The notes beneath the pieces were generated by a model. It was not told where the DNA came from, searched no databases, and saw only the letters and a list, made by a program, of their open reading frames with translations. A DNA stretch of 64,000 nt from Bacteroidota bacterium (GTDB taxonomy: Bacteria > Bacteroidota > Bacteroidia > AKYH767-A > OLB10): NCBI GenBank assembly GCA_019136655.1, contig JAGVTU010000003.1, positions 28,098 through 92,097 on the forward strand, in the 5' to 3' direction. The position numbers and the translations under genes were made by a program. Positions 48,671 to 59,251 of the stretch are shown here, in pieces (position 1 is the stretch's first letter; each line of letters starts with the position of its first letter).

Positions 48671-50050
48671 ATGAAATATTTTCTGGCAGTATTACTGTTT
48701 TTTTCCTTTTCGGTTTCGTCTCAGGCACAGAGTGAAGACTCACTCGTTATCCGTAAAATATTTGAAGAAGCATTGCAAAACGGCAAAGCTTATGATCATC
48801 TGAAAGTGCTTTGCAAAACCATTGGACACAGGCTGAGTGGCACACCTCAGGCAGCAGAGGCGGTAAAATGGGCCGAAAAAGCAATGACAGATTTTGGTGC
48901 CGACACTGTTTTTAAGCAGGATGTAATGGTGCCACACTGGGACAGAGGTGCAAAAGAAAAAGCAGAAATATTTCCATCCAAATCCAGAAATATTATCCCA
49001 TTAAATGTGCTTGCTCTTGGAGGCAGCGTGGGTACTGATAACGGACCACTGCTGACGCAGGTAATTGAAGTAAAATCACTGGCATCACTGGACAGCATTC
49101 CGGCAAAAGAAATAAAAGGAAAAATTGTTTTTCTGAATGAGCACATGGATGCAAAATATGTGAACACTTTTGAAGCATACGATCATGCATTTATGATTCG
49201 CTGGGCCTGTGCCCTTAAAACAGCTCCTTTGGGTGCAGTTGCAGTTATCATTCGCTCGGTGAATCCATCACTCGATGATTTTCCGCATACTGGAGTGATG
49301 AGCTATGCTGACAGTATCAAAAAAATTCCTGCATGTGCTATCAGCACCAACGAAGCTGATAAACTTTCTGCACTTTTAAAGAAAGACCCTTCATTGAAAA
49401 TAAAACTTGAAATGCACTGCCGCACACTTCCTGATGTAGCATCGCACAATGTTGTTGGTCAGCTAAACGGAACTACATTTAAAGATCAATACCTCGTAGT
49501 TGGCGGGCATCTTGATTCATGGGATACGGGCGAAGGTGCTCATGATGATGGTGCAGGAGTGGTACAGTCTATGGAAGTTTTGAATCTGCTTAAAAAAGCA
49601 GGAGTAGTACCTAAACACAATATTCGTGCAGTTGCTTTTATGAATGAGGAGAACGGAAACCGTGGCGGAATAAAATATGCAGAACTGGCACAGCAGAACA
49701 ATGAGAAACACATTGCAGCTATTGAATCTGATGCAGGAGGATTTACACCAAGAGGATTTTTTATGAAAGGGGACTCGCTGCAGAGAGAAAAAATATTAGC
49801 CTGGAAACCGCTGTTTGCTCCTTATTTTATTCATAGTTTTGAGCTGGAAGGAGGAGGTGTGGATATTGGCCCTCTCAGAAAAAAACAAAATACTTTTTTA
49901 ATGGGATTACTTCCGGATACACAGCGCTACTTCGACATTCATCACAGCCCCAATGATGTTTTTGAAAACGTTAACCGGAGAGAACTTGAACTTGGTGCTG
50001 CCACCATGGCTGCAATGATATATCTGATTGATAAATACGGTTTGGAATAA
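48671..50050 (+). CDS. M28 family metallopeptidase
   Basis: Signal peptide. Zn-ligand region VGGHLDSWDTGEGAHDDGAGV and NEENG, typical of M28 aminopeptidases. Confidence 0.75.
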   Translation: MKYFLAVLLFFSFSVSSQAQSEDSLVIRKIFEEALQNGKAYDHLKVLCKTIGHRLSGTPQAAEAVKWAEKAMTDFGADTVFKQDVMVPHWDRGAKEKAEIFPSKSRNIIPLNVLALGGSVGTDNGPLLTQVIEVKSLASLDSIPAKEIKGKIVFLNEHMDAKYVNTFEAYDHAFMIRWACALKTAPLGAVAVIIRSVNPSLDDFPHTGVMSYADSIKKIPACAISTNEADKLSALLKKDPSLKIKLEMHCRTLPDVASHNVVGQLNGTTFKDQYLVVGGHLDSWDTGEGAHDDGAGVVQSMEVLNLLKKAGVVPKHNIRAVAFMNEENGNRGGIKYAELAQQNNEKHIAAIESDAGGFTPRGFFMKGDSLQREKILAWKPLFAPYFIHSFELEGGGVDIGPLRKKQNTFLMGLLPDTQRYFDIHHSPNDVFENVNRRELELGAATMAAMIYLIDKYGLE

Positions 50051-50062
50051 TTGTAAGGCACT

Positions 50063-51220
50063 ATGTTGAAAGAAGCAGATTTCAAAAAAGCAACATCCGA
50101 AGTCTTAAAAGAGGGAAAGACAAGACAGCGTTTTGAGCAGGCCATTCAAAAGCAGAATCAAAGAAAGAAAAATTACGATACACTTTTTTCTGATTTTGAT
50201 CTTGCATCCAAACGTGCTGCATACATTCGGTGGAAAGCTATTGAAAGTCTCGACAAACTGCTGATAGCTTTTGAAGCCAATTGCATCAAATCAGGAATAA
50301 AGGTTTTGTGGGCACTCGACAGCGAACAGGCATTACAGGAAATTAATTCCGTTGCACAAAAACACAACCTTTCTCATATTGACATTCAATCGCGATTGCA
50401 GGAAGAGCTTAATCTTCCACTTTCCGAAATTGGTTATGGCAAAAAATTAGCAGTGCGCGATGTTGCTTTTATCAGCGCTGAACCTTCAGGAATTATTTGT
50501 CGCAACACAACAAATAATCTGATACAGGAGTCTGCTTCAAATGATGTGGTGCTTTACATAGCTCCTATAGACAGTATGCTGACATCACTTCACGATGCAG
50601 AAGTGTTACTCGGAATTTTATCTGCCGGCCCTGATGACCAAAACATAAAAAATAACTTACGCATTATTACTTCTGCTAACGAAAGTAACGGAGCTGTGTA
50701 TGTGCTGTTGGTGGACAACGGAAGAAGCACCCTACTCGAAAATATTAAACTGCGTCAGTTGTTGCGATGTATTCACAGTGGGGCATGCAACGAATCAAGT
50801 GCAGTAGTTCACAGCATTGGTTTTACGGGCGGCAACAGACAGGAGTATGGCCCTTTGCTTTATGCCAAAGCTCCCGCTATTGGAGGGTACAGAGATTTTG
50901 GACATTACGCCTATAACACTCCTTTATGCGGACAGTGCAATGTGGTTTGTCCGGTTAGGGTTGATTTTACAGATATTTTCTTAGAGCACCGCCACGTGAT
51001 GGTTCAGCAAAAACTGCGGCCGCAAAAAGAACGCTTATTTTATATGGTTTGGAAAAAAACCATGCTCAAGCGCGAGTTTATGAACTGGAAAGCCGTTAAC
51101 CCGATGCGATATTCTATAGAAACACTTTTTCTGAAATCAAAAACAGGTATTCGCAAACTTCCTGAAGCAGCACACGTATCGTTCAATCAGCAGTGGCGCG
51201 AACGAATGGGAATGAAATAA
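50063..51220 (+). CDS. LutB/LldF-like LUD-domain iron-sulfur protein (shorter than canonical LutB)
   Basis: The N-terminus aligns by eye with the LutB N-terminus (..KR.A.F.DF..W....IK...L..LD.LL..FE.N....G..V.WA.D..EA...I). A CGQCNVVCP ferredoxin-like motif is present. At 385 aa it is shorter than the about 470 aa of LutB. Confidence 0.45.
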   Translation: MLKEADFKKATSEVLKEGKTRQRFEQAIQKQNQRKKNYDTLFSDFDLASKRAAYIRWKAIESLDKLLIAFEANCIKSGIKVLWALDSEQALQEINSVAQKHNLSHIDIQSRLQEELNLPLSEIGYGKKLAVRDVAFISAEPSGIICRNTTNNLIQESASNDVVLYIAPIDSMLTSLHDAEVLLGILSAGPDDQNIKNNLRIITSANESNGAVYVLLVDNGRSTLLENIKLRQLLRCIHSGACNESSAVVHSIGFTGGNRQEYGPLLYAKAPAIGGYRDFGHYAYNTPLCGQCNVVCPVRVDFTDIFLEHRHVMVQQKLRPQKERLFYMVWKKTMLKREFMNWKAVNPMRYSIETLFLKSKTGIRKLPEAAHVSFNQQWRERMGMK

Positions 51221-51224
51221 TCAC

Positions 51225-52274
51225 TCACTTTTTAGAATCAGAAAGCAATTGCTTTAAGTCAGGGCGCAACCTGCTTTTGAATACGGCATGAGCATTTTCT
51301 TTCTTCTTGCCTTTGCGTAATTTTTTCTGCTCTTCTAAAGGAAGATTGATGATGGTCTGACATTCAACAGTGCAACATCCCTGATATTTCTCTCTGCATT
51401 CATTGCATTGTATAAAAAGCAGATGACAATCATCATTGGCACAGTTCACATGTGTGTCGCATAAGGCACCACACTGATGGCAGGTGCTCACAATTTCATC
51501 GCTGATGCGTTCACCCATGCGCTCATCAAAAACAAAATTTTTTCCGTGATATTTATTTTCAAGCTCTCCGGATTTAATGTCTCTTGCATATTGAATGATT
51601 CCACCATAAAGCTGGTTCACATCTTTGTATCCATGATGTTTAAAATAAGCACTTGCTTTCTCACATCTGATACCTCCCGTGCAGTACAACAGAATTTTTT
51701 TATCCTTATCATCCTTCGTCATTTCAATGGCTTTTGGAAGTGCATCGCGAAAAGTGTCTGCATCAGGCTTCAATGCGTTTTCAAAATAACCTACTTCACT
51801 TTCGTAATGATTGCGCATATCCACCACAATGGTGTCGGGATGGCCGAGAGCTTCGTTAAATTCTTTTGCCGACAAATGTTTGCCCACATTGCTTACATCA
51901 AATGCATTGTCATCAAGTCCGTCAGCCACAATTTTATTTTTTATGCGGACAATAAGTTTATAAAACGATTTACCGTCATCTTCCACTGCAATCTTCAGCG
52001 GAACATCTTTAAGATATTCGTTTTGGTTAAGGTATTCTGTAAATTTATTCCAGTTGTGTTCAGGAACACTAACCTGTGCATTCACTCCTTCTGAAGCTAT
52101 ATAAATACGTCCGAAGACCTGAAGGTCTGTAAAATCAATAAAAAGCTGATTTCTGAAATTTTCAACATCTCCCAACTTTAAATAGCGGTAGAAAGAAACG
52201 GTGATACGTTTAAAAGTTTCTTCCGCCAATTGTTTTTTAAGGAGCTGTTTACTTACAAGGTTTCGTAATTGCAT
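51225..52274 (-). CDS. trhO: rhodanese-related tRNA uridine(34) hydroxylase TrhO (YceA/UPF0176)
   Basis: The N-terminal UPF0176 region, including the GRIYIASEGVNAQ segment. Rhodanese active site CTGGIRCEKA. C-terminal Cys-rich tail. Confidence 0.8.
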   Translation of the reverse strand: MQLRNLVSKQLLKKQLAEETFKRITVSFYRYLKLGDVENFRNQLFIDFTDLQVFGRIYIASEGVNAQVSVPEHNWNKFTEYLNQNEYLKDVPLKIAVEDDGKSFYKLIVRIKNKIVADGLDDNAFDVSNVGKHLSAKEFNEALGHPDTIVVDMRNHYESEVGYFENALKPDADTFRDALPKAIEMTKDDKDKKILLYCTGGIRCEKASAYFKHHGYKDVNQLYGGIIQYARDIKSGELENKYHGKNFVFDERMGERISDEIVSTCHQCGALCDTHVNCANDDCHLLFIQCNECREKYQGCCTVECQTIINLPLEEQKKLRKGKKKENAHAVFKSRLRPDLKQLLSDSKK

Positions 52275-52396
52275 GTTACGTGTTGTAATTAAATTAACTC
52301 GGCTGCAAAAGTAATAAAAACAAAATTCTCACAAAGGATTATCTCTTAATAACACTTACATTTGTACATAAAAAGCCATCCTGTAACAAAAAATCA

Positions 52397-53380
52397 ATGA
52401 GCAACGGAAAGTTTGTCATCTCTCTCGACTTTGAACTGATGTGGGGTGTAAGAGACAAAAAAAGCAAAACCACTTACGGTGAAAACATTCTTGGCGTACA
52501 TCAGGCATTGCCACTCATGCTCAAGATGTTTCGCGACTATGATATAAAAGCTACTTTTTCTACGGTTGGGTTTTTATTTTTCGAAACAAAAAAAGATTTA
52601 TTAAACAACCTACCCAATATTAAACCTGCATATAACGATTCCAACATCTCTCCCTACAATGGATATTTTGATGAGTTAGGCGATGATTATAAAAAAGACA
52701 AATACAATTTTGCTACAGACCTGCTTCGTGAAATTCAAAAATATCCTGAACAGGAAATAGGTACTCACACTTTTTCGCATTATTACTGCCTCGAGCCCGG
52801 CCAAACTCCTGAAGCTTTCAGAGATGATTTGAACAAAGCTATTGACATTGCCGAAAAACAAAACATCAGACTTACATCACTGGTGTTTCCGCGAAATCAG
52901 TTCAACAACCGGTACCTGAAAGTGTGCAGCGATTTGGGAATTGTATGTTACCGTGGCAATGAACACTCGTGGTTGTATGATGCAAAAAATGCAGCGAGCG
53001 AAAGTTATTTTAGAAGAGCACTGAGGCTGATGGATGCTTACGTCAACATCTCAGGGCACAATTGTTATTCGGATGAATATATGAGAAGCAAAACACCTTA
53101 CGATATTCCTTCGAGCAGATTCTTAAGACCTTTTTCCAAAAAGCTGGCTGCACTGGATGGTTTAAGACTGAAAAGAATTACTTCAGGTATGAGCTATGCC
53201 GCAAAAAACAATCTTACCTATCATTTGTGGTGGCATCCTCATAACTTTGGTACTGACCAAAAAGAAAACTTTAATTTTTTGGAAAAAATACTGAAACATT
53301 ATTCCAAATTAAATAAGGAATACAATTTGCAGAGCATCACTATGACAGAGCTTGCATTGCAACTGCGCAAACAGGTATAA
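52397..53380 (+). CDS. polysaccharide deacetylase-like protein (PEP-CTERM-locus-type subfamily resemblance)
   Basis: N-terminal SLDFELMWG resembles the D.ED(W/Y)F motif. Conserved His pairs (HTFSHYY; HLWWHPHNF). Followed immediately by a FemAB/GNAT-like gene. Confidence 0.5.
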   Translation: MSNGKFVISLDFELMWGVRDKKSKTTYGENILGVHQALPLMLKMFRDYDIKATFSTVGFLFFETKKDLLNNLPNIKPAYNDSNISPYNGYFDELGDDYKKDKYNFATDLLREIQKYPEQEIGTHTFSHYYCLEPGQTPEAFRDDLNKAIDIAEKQNIRLTSLVFPRNQFNNRYLKVCSDLGIVCYRGNEHSWLYDAKNAASESYFRRALRLMDAYVNISGHNCYSDEYMRSKTPYDIPSSRFLRPFSKKLAALDGLRLKRITSGMSYAAKNNLTYHLWWHPHNFGTDQKENFNFLEKILKHYSKLNKEYNLQSITMTELALQLRKQV

Positions 53381-53381
53381 C

Positions 53382-54320
53382 ATGAGTCAGGAAATAGAAT
53401 TTAGCAGAATAGAACCACAAGACACACCACGACTGCACGAACTGGCACTGAAGAATGATGGCAATGTTAGTCTCACTCCCGAAAACTTTGATCACTGGTA
53501 TTTTCGCAATCCTTCAAAATCTAATTCACTGTGGAAAGTAGTTTGCAATGGAGAAACGGAAGGATATGCCACCACCAATAATTTTAAATATGTGATTGAA
53601 GGAAAAGAATACCTCATCGCTTTACCTCAGAATGTGCTTACCTCTGAAAAAGTAAGAGGCGGAGGGCTGTTTGGCAAGCTATATTACCTCACCGAAAAAG
53701 ATAATCTGGAAGAAAAAGGCGTGGACATGTTTCTGACATCAACAGGTACAATGAGCACTGATATTTTTCTTAAAAAGTTTGGTTATGTCAGAGGATATTT
53801 GCCTTCTGTACTTGTGAAATTTGCAAGCCCGCGCGCATTGTTTTCACGTGGAAACTTTTCGCTCATTCAGGATGTAAACAGCTTGTCGTTTGAAACCTCT
53901 TATCAGATAGAAAATGCACGTATAAAAAACATGGAGTATCTGAAGTGGAGATATGCTCAGTGTAACAAAAAGGTTTTGCGTGTGATTTCTGTTTCAGTAA
54001 AAAATGAAATAGTAGGATATGCATTCTTAATAGTACGAAAAATGTATGGTTTACCAACTTTGATGTTAGCAGATATGATTTGCAAGCGCGAAGAAAACAT
54101 TGCTGATATTATTGATGCCTGTCATGTGTTTGCCACACGCAACATGTTTGCTGCCGTCATTATGCTTGAGTTGGATTATAACTGCAGACGCAGAGGTATA
54201 AACGTAACCATGAAAAACCATCTGAACTTTTTGTCGAAGGGAAAGACTCCTGAAGAAACGAAATGGCTGAGCACACGCAAGCTCAATTATTTTTTTGGCG
54301 ATCTGGACTTTTTCTGGTAG
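53382..54320 (+). CDS. FemAB-like / GNAT-fold acyltransferase (hypothetical)
   Basis: Two-lobed GNAT-like architecture of about 310 aa, similar to the FemAB-related proteins that pair with deacetylases in exopolysaccharide loci. The ATG at 53382 is preferred over the track start inside the upstream gene. Confidence 0.45.
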   Translation: MSQEIEFSRIEPQDTPRLHELALKNDGNVSLTPENFDHWYFRNPSKSNSLWKVVCNGETEGYATTNNFKYVIEGKEYLIALPQNVLTSEKVRGGGLFGKLYYLTEKDNLEEKGVDMFLTSTGTMSTDIFLKKFGYVRGYLPSVLVKFASPRALFSRGNFSLIQDVNSLSFETSYQIENARIKNMEYLKWRYAQCNKKVLRVISVSVKNEIVGYAFLIVRKMYGLPTLMLADMICKREENIADIIDACHVFATRNMFAAVIMLELDYNCRRRGINVTMKNHLNFLSKGKTPEETKWLSTRKLNYFFGDLDFFW

Positions 54321-54331
54321 TGAAATATTTT

Positions 54332-55444
54332 TTAAAACACATCCCAGTCGGTAAGTGTTGCCAGCCAGTTGTTTTTGTCTAAACAATCATCATCCTGATA
54401 TTTTAATTTTCGCACCAAAAGGTTTAATGGTCGCGGATTAAATCGCTCAGGAATACGAATGAAACCACTTCGTTTCTTTTTAAGAAATGTATGGCAGTTG
54501 AACGATGTAAAAATCATTGCAATATCTTTTCCGAAAATCTCTTTGGCATTTTTTCTGACAGTATGAATCAGCCTTATCATGTCATCTTCTTTTTCAAATG
54601 CAAAATCCATCATCAGCAAAGCCTGTGCGCCTAACATTTCATCAGTTTTAAAAATAGCCGAGGCTGTAATTTTGTTTCCTTCTCGCACTGAAATAATGCG
54701 GTGTGCAGCAGTTGGCTTAAGTTGATAACGCCATTTCATATAATCAAAATCTTTTTGCAGATGAAATGTAAAAGGTTTTGCAAAATGGTCGTAAAATTCA
54801 CTCAGAACTTCCGTTATTTTTTCTGAAATCAGAAGATTTTCTTTTGGAAAGGATTTAGCGCGTGCAAGACTACCATACAACCTGAGTATTGCACTTCCCA
54901 CAAAAACAAAAAGCGGATTTTTTGTTTTGGCTTTTATCAGCAATGAAGCTTTCACCGGCATAAGGTAAGTATCATACACTGCTACTTTGTGGTATCCGTT
55001 GTATTTGATGAAGGTATGTATGCTTTTGTTATTCGGAAAAGTATAAGCAATATCAATGTCGTGATTCAACATATCATCATTGGCATAGCATGCAAGCTGA
55101 CGAAACAATCCACGTCCGCGCTCGCTCGCACTCATTGCCACATCCTGCACCATGGCAAATTTTTTTTCCCAACCATGAATTCTGCCGTGATAAACAGGAA
55201 CATGATAATAACCTACAATTTTATCACTGTTGTTATAAGCCACATATATCAGTGACTGCTTTGCAGGCAAATCACGATATTGCCACTTCCAAAGTTTATC
55301 AGTGAATACATCAGCATTATGCGAATCGCCTTCGCGGAGGATAATTTTTATCTGCTCCAGCAAAGCTTCTGCATCATCGCCTACATCAATCCTGCAAAAC
55401 CTGTAAGCTGATGTTTGGGATTTCTCCTTTTCGCTCATACTCAT
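54332..55444 (-). CDS. FemAB-like / GNAT-fold acyltransferase (hypothetical), paralog-like partner of the second deacetylase
   Basis: GNAT-like core (YVAYNNSDKIVGYYHV...VQDVAMSASERGRGLFRQL). About 370 aa. Overlaps the 3' end of the upstream deacetylase gene. Confidence 0.45.
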   Translation of the reverse strand: MSMSEKEKSQTSAYRFCRIDVGDDAEALLEQIKIILREGDSHNADVFTDKLWKWQYRDLPAKQSLIYVAYNNSDKIVGYYHVPVYHGRIHGWEKKFAMVQDVAMSASERGRGLFRQLACYANDDMLNHDIDIAYTFPNNKSIHTFIKYNGYHKVAVYDTYLMPVKASLLIKAKTKNPLFVFVGSAILRLYGSLARAKSFPKENLLISEKITEVLSEFYDHFAKPFTFHLQKDFDYMKWRYQLKPTAAHRIISVREGNKITASAIFKTDEMLGAQALLMMDFAFEKEDDMIRLIHTVRKNAKEIFGKDIAMIFTSFNCHTFLKKKRSGFIRIPERFNPRPLNLLVRKLKYQDDDCLDKNNWLATLTDWDVF

Positions 55445-56246
55445 TTACAAGACTGGTTACGGTATCAAATTGAAGATGGGACAATAATTTTTGGGTGTTG
55501 CTATAAGTTTTTTTCAGATTGGCATAATGCGTGAGCATGGCTTTTCGCTCAAATTTTACATGCGGATGTTCAGGATCGTATTCCCATGGATGTATGTAAA
55601 ACATATTGGGAAGATTATTCTTTAAACGTTGCTTCATTCCATTCAGCGTAAAGGAATAAGGAAATATTCTAAAATACGCTCCACCAACAGCCCATTTTTT
55701 TCTTAGGAATGAAAAACGTGAAACTGGAAATTCTATCAGATTGTTTTCTTTAATTCTGAAAACAGAATCGGGACAGGAAGAAATACCATAACGCCATGTT
55801 TTTATGGGCGAAATGGAACAATCAATTTTATAACCTTCTTCGGCAAGAATGTCGAGTGCCCACAAACTTTTGGAAGTGATTGAAAAAAATGGAGAGCGGT
55901 GTGTGGTAACTTCTTTCCCTGTTAACTGCTCAATAATATTTTTCGTTTGTCTTATTTCATTACGGAATTCATCAGGAGTCTGGTTATAAACTTTTTCATG
56001 AGAGTAGCCGTGCGAACCCAGTTCATGGCCTGCTGCAGCAACTTCTTTTATCAAATGTGGATAAGTTTCTGCAATCCATCCCAGGGTAAAAAATGTTGCT
56101 TTGCTGTTGGAGGCGTTCAGAAGTTCCAGCACTCGGTAAAAACCTTTTTCTATTCTTCGTTCATATTTATGCCAGTCGCTGAAAGGAAGCTCAATGCCCT
56201 GATACCAGTCTTCAAAATCAACAGTGAAACTATTCTTGCTCATCAC
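55386..56246 (-). CDS. polysaccharide deacetylase (CE4/PEP-CTERM-locus type)
   Basis: FTVDFEDWYQ N-terminus. ATFFTLGWIAE...GHELGSHGYSH CE4 motifs. Confidence 0.7.
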   Translation of the reverse strand: MMSKNSFTVDFEDWYQGIELPFSDWHKYERRIEKGFYRVLELLNASNSKATFFTLGWIAETYPHLIKEVAAAGHELGSHGYSHEKVYNQTPDEFRNEIRQTKNIIEQLTGKEVTTHRSPFFSITSKSLWALDILAEEGYKIDCSISPIKTWRYGISSCPDSVFRIKENNLIEFPVSRFSFLRKKWAVGGAYFRIFPYSFTLNGMKQRLKNNLPNMFYIHPWEYDPEHPHVKFERKAMLTHYANLKKTYSNTQKLLSHLQFDTVTSLVNEYERKGEIPNISLQVLQD

Positions 56247-56422
56247 ATTTTATAAAAAAACAAACGTACAGCATTTATTTTATATTCAGAAGTGATAGAT
56301 CGAAACAATAGAAAATGTTGGGAGTGGTAATAATTTTTCGCGCTGCAAAATGGGCTTTAACCATAAATTAACCAAATTCGCACAATGAATTATTTTGTTT
56401 TACATCTGAAAAATTAAAATAT

Positions 56423-58963
56423 ATGAAACGGAGTAAATTTCTGACAGCGTTAGTTATCACAGCATTTGTTATTGCATCGTGCAAAAGCACCAAGGAAACA
56501 ACAGTGGAAACGCATTACCTTCCGGAGATAGAAGTAAAGCCTGCCTTTGAAGGTTATCAGGCTAGCACTACTATTCTTACTGATTTGCAACACATCAGGT
56601 TGCAGGTGCGCCCCGACTGGAGTAAGAAATATCTCTACGGTAAAATTGAGATTACCGCCAAACCGCATTTCAATCCGCAAAACACGCTTATACTTAATGC
56701 TCGTGGAATGGATATAAATGAAGTGGCGTTGATGACTTCCTCAGGAAGCAAAAACAAATTGACTTATGATTATCAAAACGACTCACTTACCATAACTCTC
56801 GACAAAACCTATAAGAATACAGAGCCTTATACAGTGTATATTGACTATGTAGCCAAGCCTGATGAATTGAAAAAAACAAGTGGAAGCGCAGCCATATCCA
56901 ACGACAAAGGACTTTATTTTATTAATGCAGATGGTAAAGACCCTAACAAACCTACGCAACTATGGACACAGGGCGAAACACAAAGTAACTCTGTTTGGTT
57001 TCCAACCATTGACAGGCCCAACCAGCGATTTACTCAGGAGATAAGCATCACTACTGAGGACAAATATGTTACTCTAAGCAACGGTGTGCTAACTTCATCC
57101 ATGAAAAATGCAGACGGCACACGCACCGACACATGGAAACAATCGCTCACTGCTGCACCTTATCTCACTATGATGGCTGTGGGTCCATTTAAAGTGGTTA
57201 AAGACAAATGGCGCAATTTGGAAGTGAACTACTACGTAGATGCCGAGTATGAACCTTATGCACGCGATATATTTGGCAATACTCCGGAAATGCTTGAGTT
57301 TTTTTCAAAGAAACTGGGAGTAGATTATCCCTGGGAAAAATTTTCGCAGGCTGTGGTGCACGATTATGTAAGCGGAGCCATGGAAAATACTACTGCCGTA
57401 ATTCACGGTGGACAACTGCAACGCACTTCACGCGAATTGCTTGATGCAAACAATGAAGAAACTATTTCGCATGAGTTGTTTCATCACTGGTTTGGCGACC
57501 TTGTTACATGCGAATCGTGGAGCAACATTCCGTTGAATGAATCATTTGCAACTTATGGTGAGTATTTGTGGAATGAATATAAATACGGACGCGATGAAGC
57601 GGATTACAGCGGTATGAATGACCTGAACCAGTACCTAGCTGAAGCACGATACAAGCAGGTTGATTTGATAAGGTATCATTACAATAATGAGTTGGAAATG
57701 TTTGATCGCCATAGCTACTCGAAAGGAGGTCGCATATTGCACATGCTTCGCAAATATGTTGGTGATGATGCTTTTTTTGCTTCGCTGAAGAAATATCTCA
57801 ACGATAATAAATTTCAGCCTGTGGAAGCACATGAACTGCGCCTTGCTTTTGAAGCAGTGACAGGAGAAGATTTAAACTGGTTTTTTAATGAGTGGTTTTT
57901 TGCAAAAGGTCATCCTGATATTGAAATAAGTTATCAGTGGAACGATACCATAAAAAAAGAGACCGTAATCATTGAGCAGAAACAAAGCTTGAAAGAAACT
58001 CCACTGTACAAACTTCCGCTGGCAATAGATATTTACGAAGGAGGAAAAGTAAGACGCGAAGAAGTAACATTGACACAGGAAAAAGAAATTTTATTTTTTG
58101 ACTGTAACACCAAACCGGATTTGGTAAATGTGGATGCTGAGAAACAATTGTTATGTGTTAAGAAAGATAATCATACAACAGAAGAGTGGATTTTTCAGTA
58201 CAATCATGCTCCATTGTTTTTAGACAGATATGAAGCCATATCCAAACTTGCCAAAGGTTATGAAGGAGGAAGCGCATCTGCAGCAACCCTGAAAAAAGCA
58301 TTGCTTGATAAACATTTTGCCATAAGAATACTTGCGCTTAAAAATATTGGTGCTGCTGCTAAAACAGACAGTACCATTAAACCAATGATAGCACGCCTGG
58401 TGCAACACGATAAAAAATCGGATGTACGCGAAGAAGCACTTGTAATGATGCATGAATTGTATGACGATGCATCGCTTGACAATGCTGCAATGAACGACTC
58501 GTCATATGCAGTGATGACAACGGCACTGGATTATTACATAGAAAAAAACCCAACGCAGATAACCATGCTGAAAAAATATGAGAGCGACAACAATAATACA
58601 TTGCGTTACGCTCTCAGTAATATTTATGCTGATTATGGTGATGATGAACAGTTTGATTTTATGAAATCGGCTTTGGAGAAAGCATCAGGATTTGGGAAAT
58701 TTGGACTGATACAAACCATGGGAAAATATCTGGAGCGCTGCTCACCTGATAAGATAGACGAAGGAGCGAAGTTGCTTGCTTCAACGGTACAAAACTCCGG
58801 CTCTAAATTTATGACCATGCAAATAAAGAGTACGTTTGGACGTGTTGGAAAATTTGTGGATGGAAAGGCGAAAGAGTTTGAAAACAAACCGGAGGCTGAA
58901 CAGTATAAAAAAATTTCTGCTTATATAAAAGAACAACTGGCTGAGATTAAAAAGAAAGAGTAA
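56423..58963 (+). CDS. M1 family metallopeptidase (aminopeptidase N-like) with C-terminal HEAT-like repeats
   Basis: Lipoprotein-type signal. GAMEN motif. HELFHHWFGD...(18 aa)...E zinc-binding HExxH-E. Confidence 0.85.
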   Translation: MKRSKFLTALVITAFVIASCKSTKETTVETHYLPEIEVKPAFEGYQASTTILTDLQHIRLQVRPDWSKKYLYGKIEITAKPHFNPQNTLILNARGMDINEVALMTSSGSKNKLTYDYQNDSLTITLDKTYKNTEPYTVYIDYVAKPDELKKTSGSAAISNDKGLYFINADGKDPNKPTQLWTQGETQSNSVWFPTIDRPNQRFTQEISITTEDKYVTLSNGVLTSSMKNADGTRTDTWKQSLTAAPYLTMMAVGPFKVVKDKWRNLEVNYYVDAEYEPYARDIFGNTPEMLEFFSKKLGVDYPWEKFSQAVVHDYVSGAMENTTAVIHGGQLQRTSRELLDANNEETISHELFHHWFGDLVTCESWSNIPLNESFATYGEYLWNEYKYGRDEADYSGMNDLNQYLAEARYKQVDLIRYHYNNELEMFDRHSYSKGGRILHMLRKYVGDDAFFASLKKYLNDNKFQPVEAHELRLAFEAVTGEDLNWFFNEWFFAKGHPDIEISYQWNDTIKKETVIIEQKQSLKETPLYKLPLAIDIYEGGKVRREEVTLTQEKEILFFDCNTKPDLVNVDAEKQLLCVKKDNHTTEEWIFQYNHAPLFLDRYEAISKLAKGYEGGSASAATLKKALLDKHFAIRILALKNIGAAAKTDSTIKPMIARLVQHDKKSDVREEALVMMHELYDDASLDNAAMNDSSYAVMTTALDYYIEKNPTQITMLKKYESDNNNTLRYALSNIYADYGDDEQFDFMKSALEKASGFGKFGLIQTMGKYLERCSPDKIDEGAKLLASTVQNSGSKFMTMQIKSTFGRVGKFVDGKAKEFENKPEAEQYKKISAYIKEQLAEIKKKE

Positions 58964-59251
58964 GCCGGTGATGCGTTAAAGGGAACGATTGTATGCTTAT
59001 TGTTATAGCATCAACAATCAATTGCATGTTAATATTTAACACCCGGCATCCCGCAGTATTACGCGACTGTTGGGTGGTTAATGTAATCCCTATATGATTA
59101 ACAATTTCAGTTTATAATCAGAGGTTCTTATGTTGTGTGAGTACTCTTGTCTCAGTTGAAAGGTTAGAGATACGCCCGTTAACCCACTCTGTTTTTTTAT
59201 AAATTTGCTTGCATAATATTGAACGGCAACACAGCGACAATAGCACTAGAA

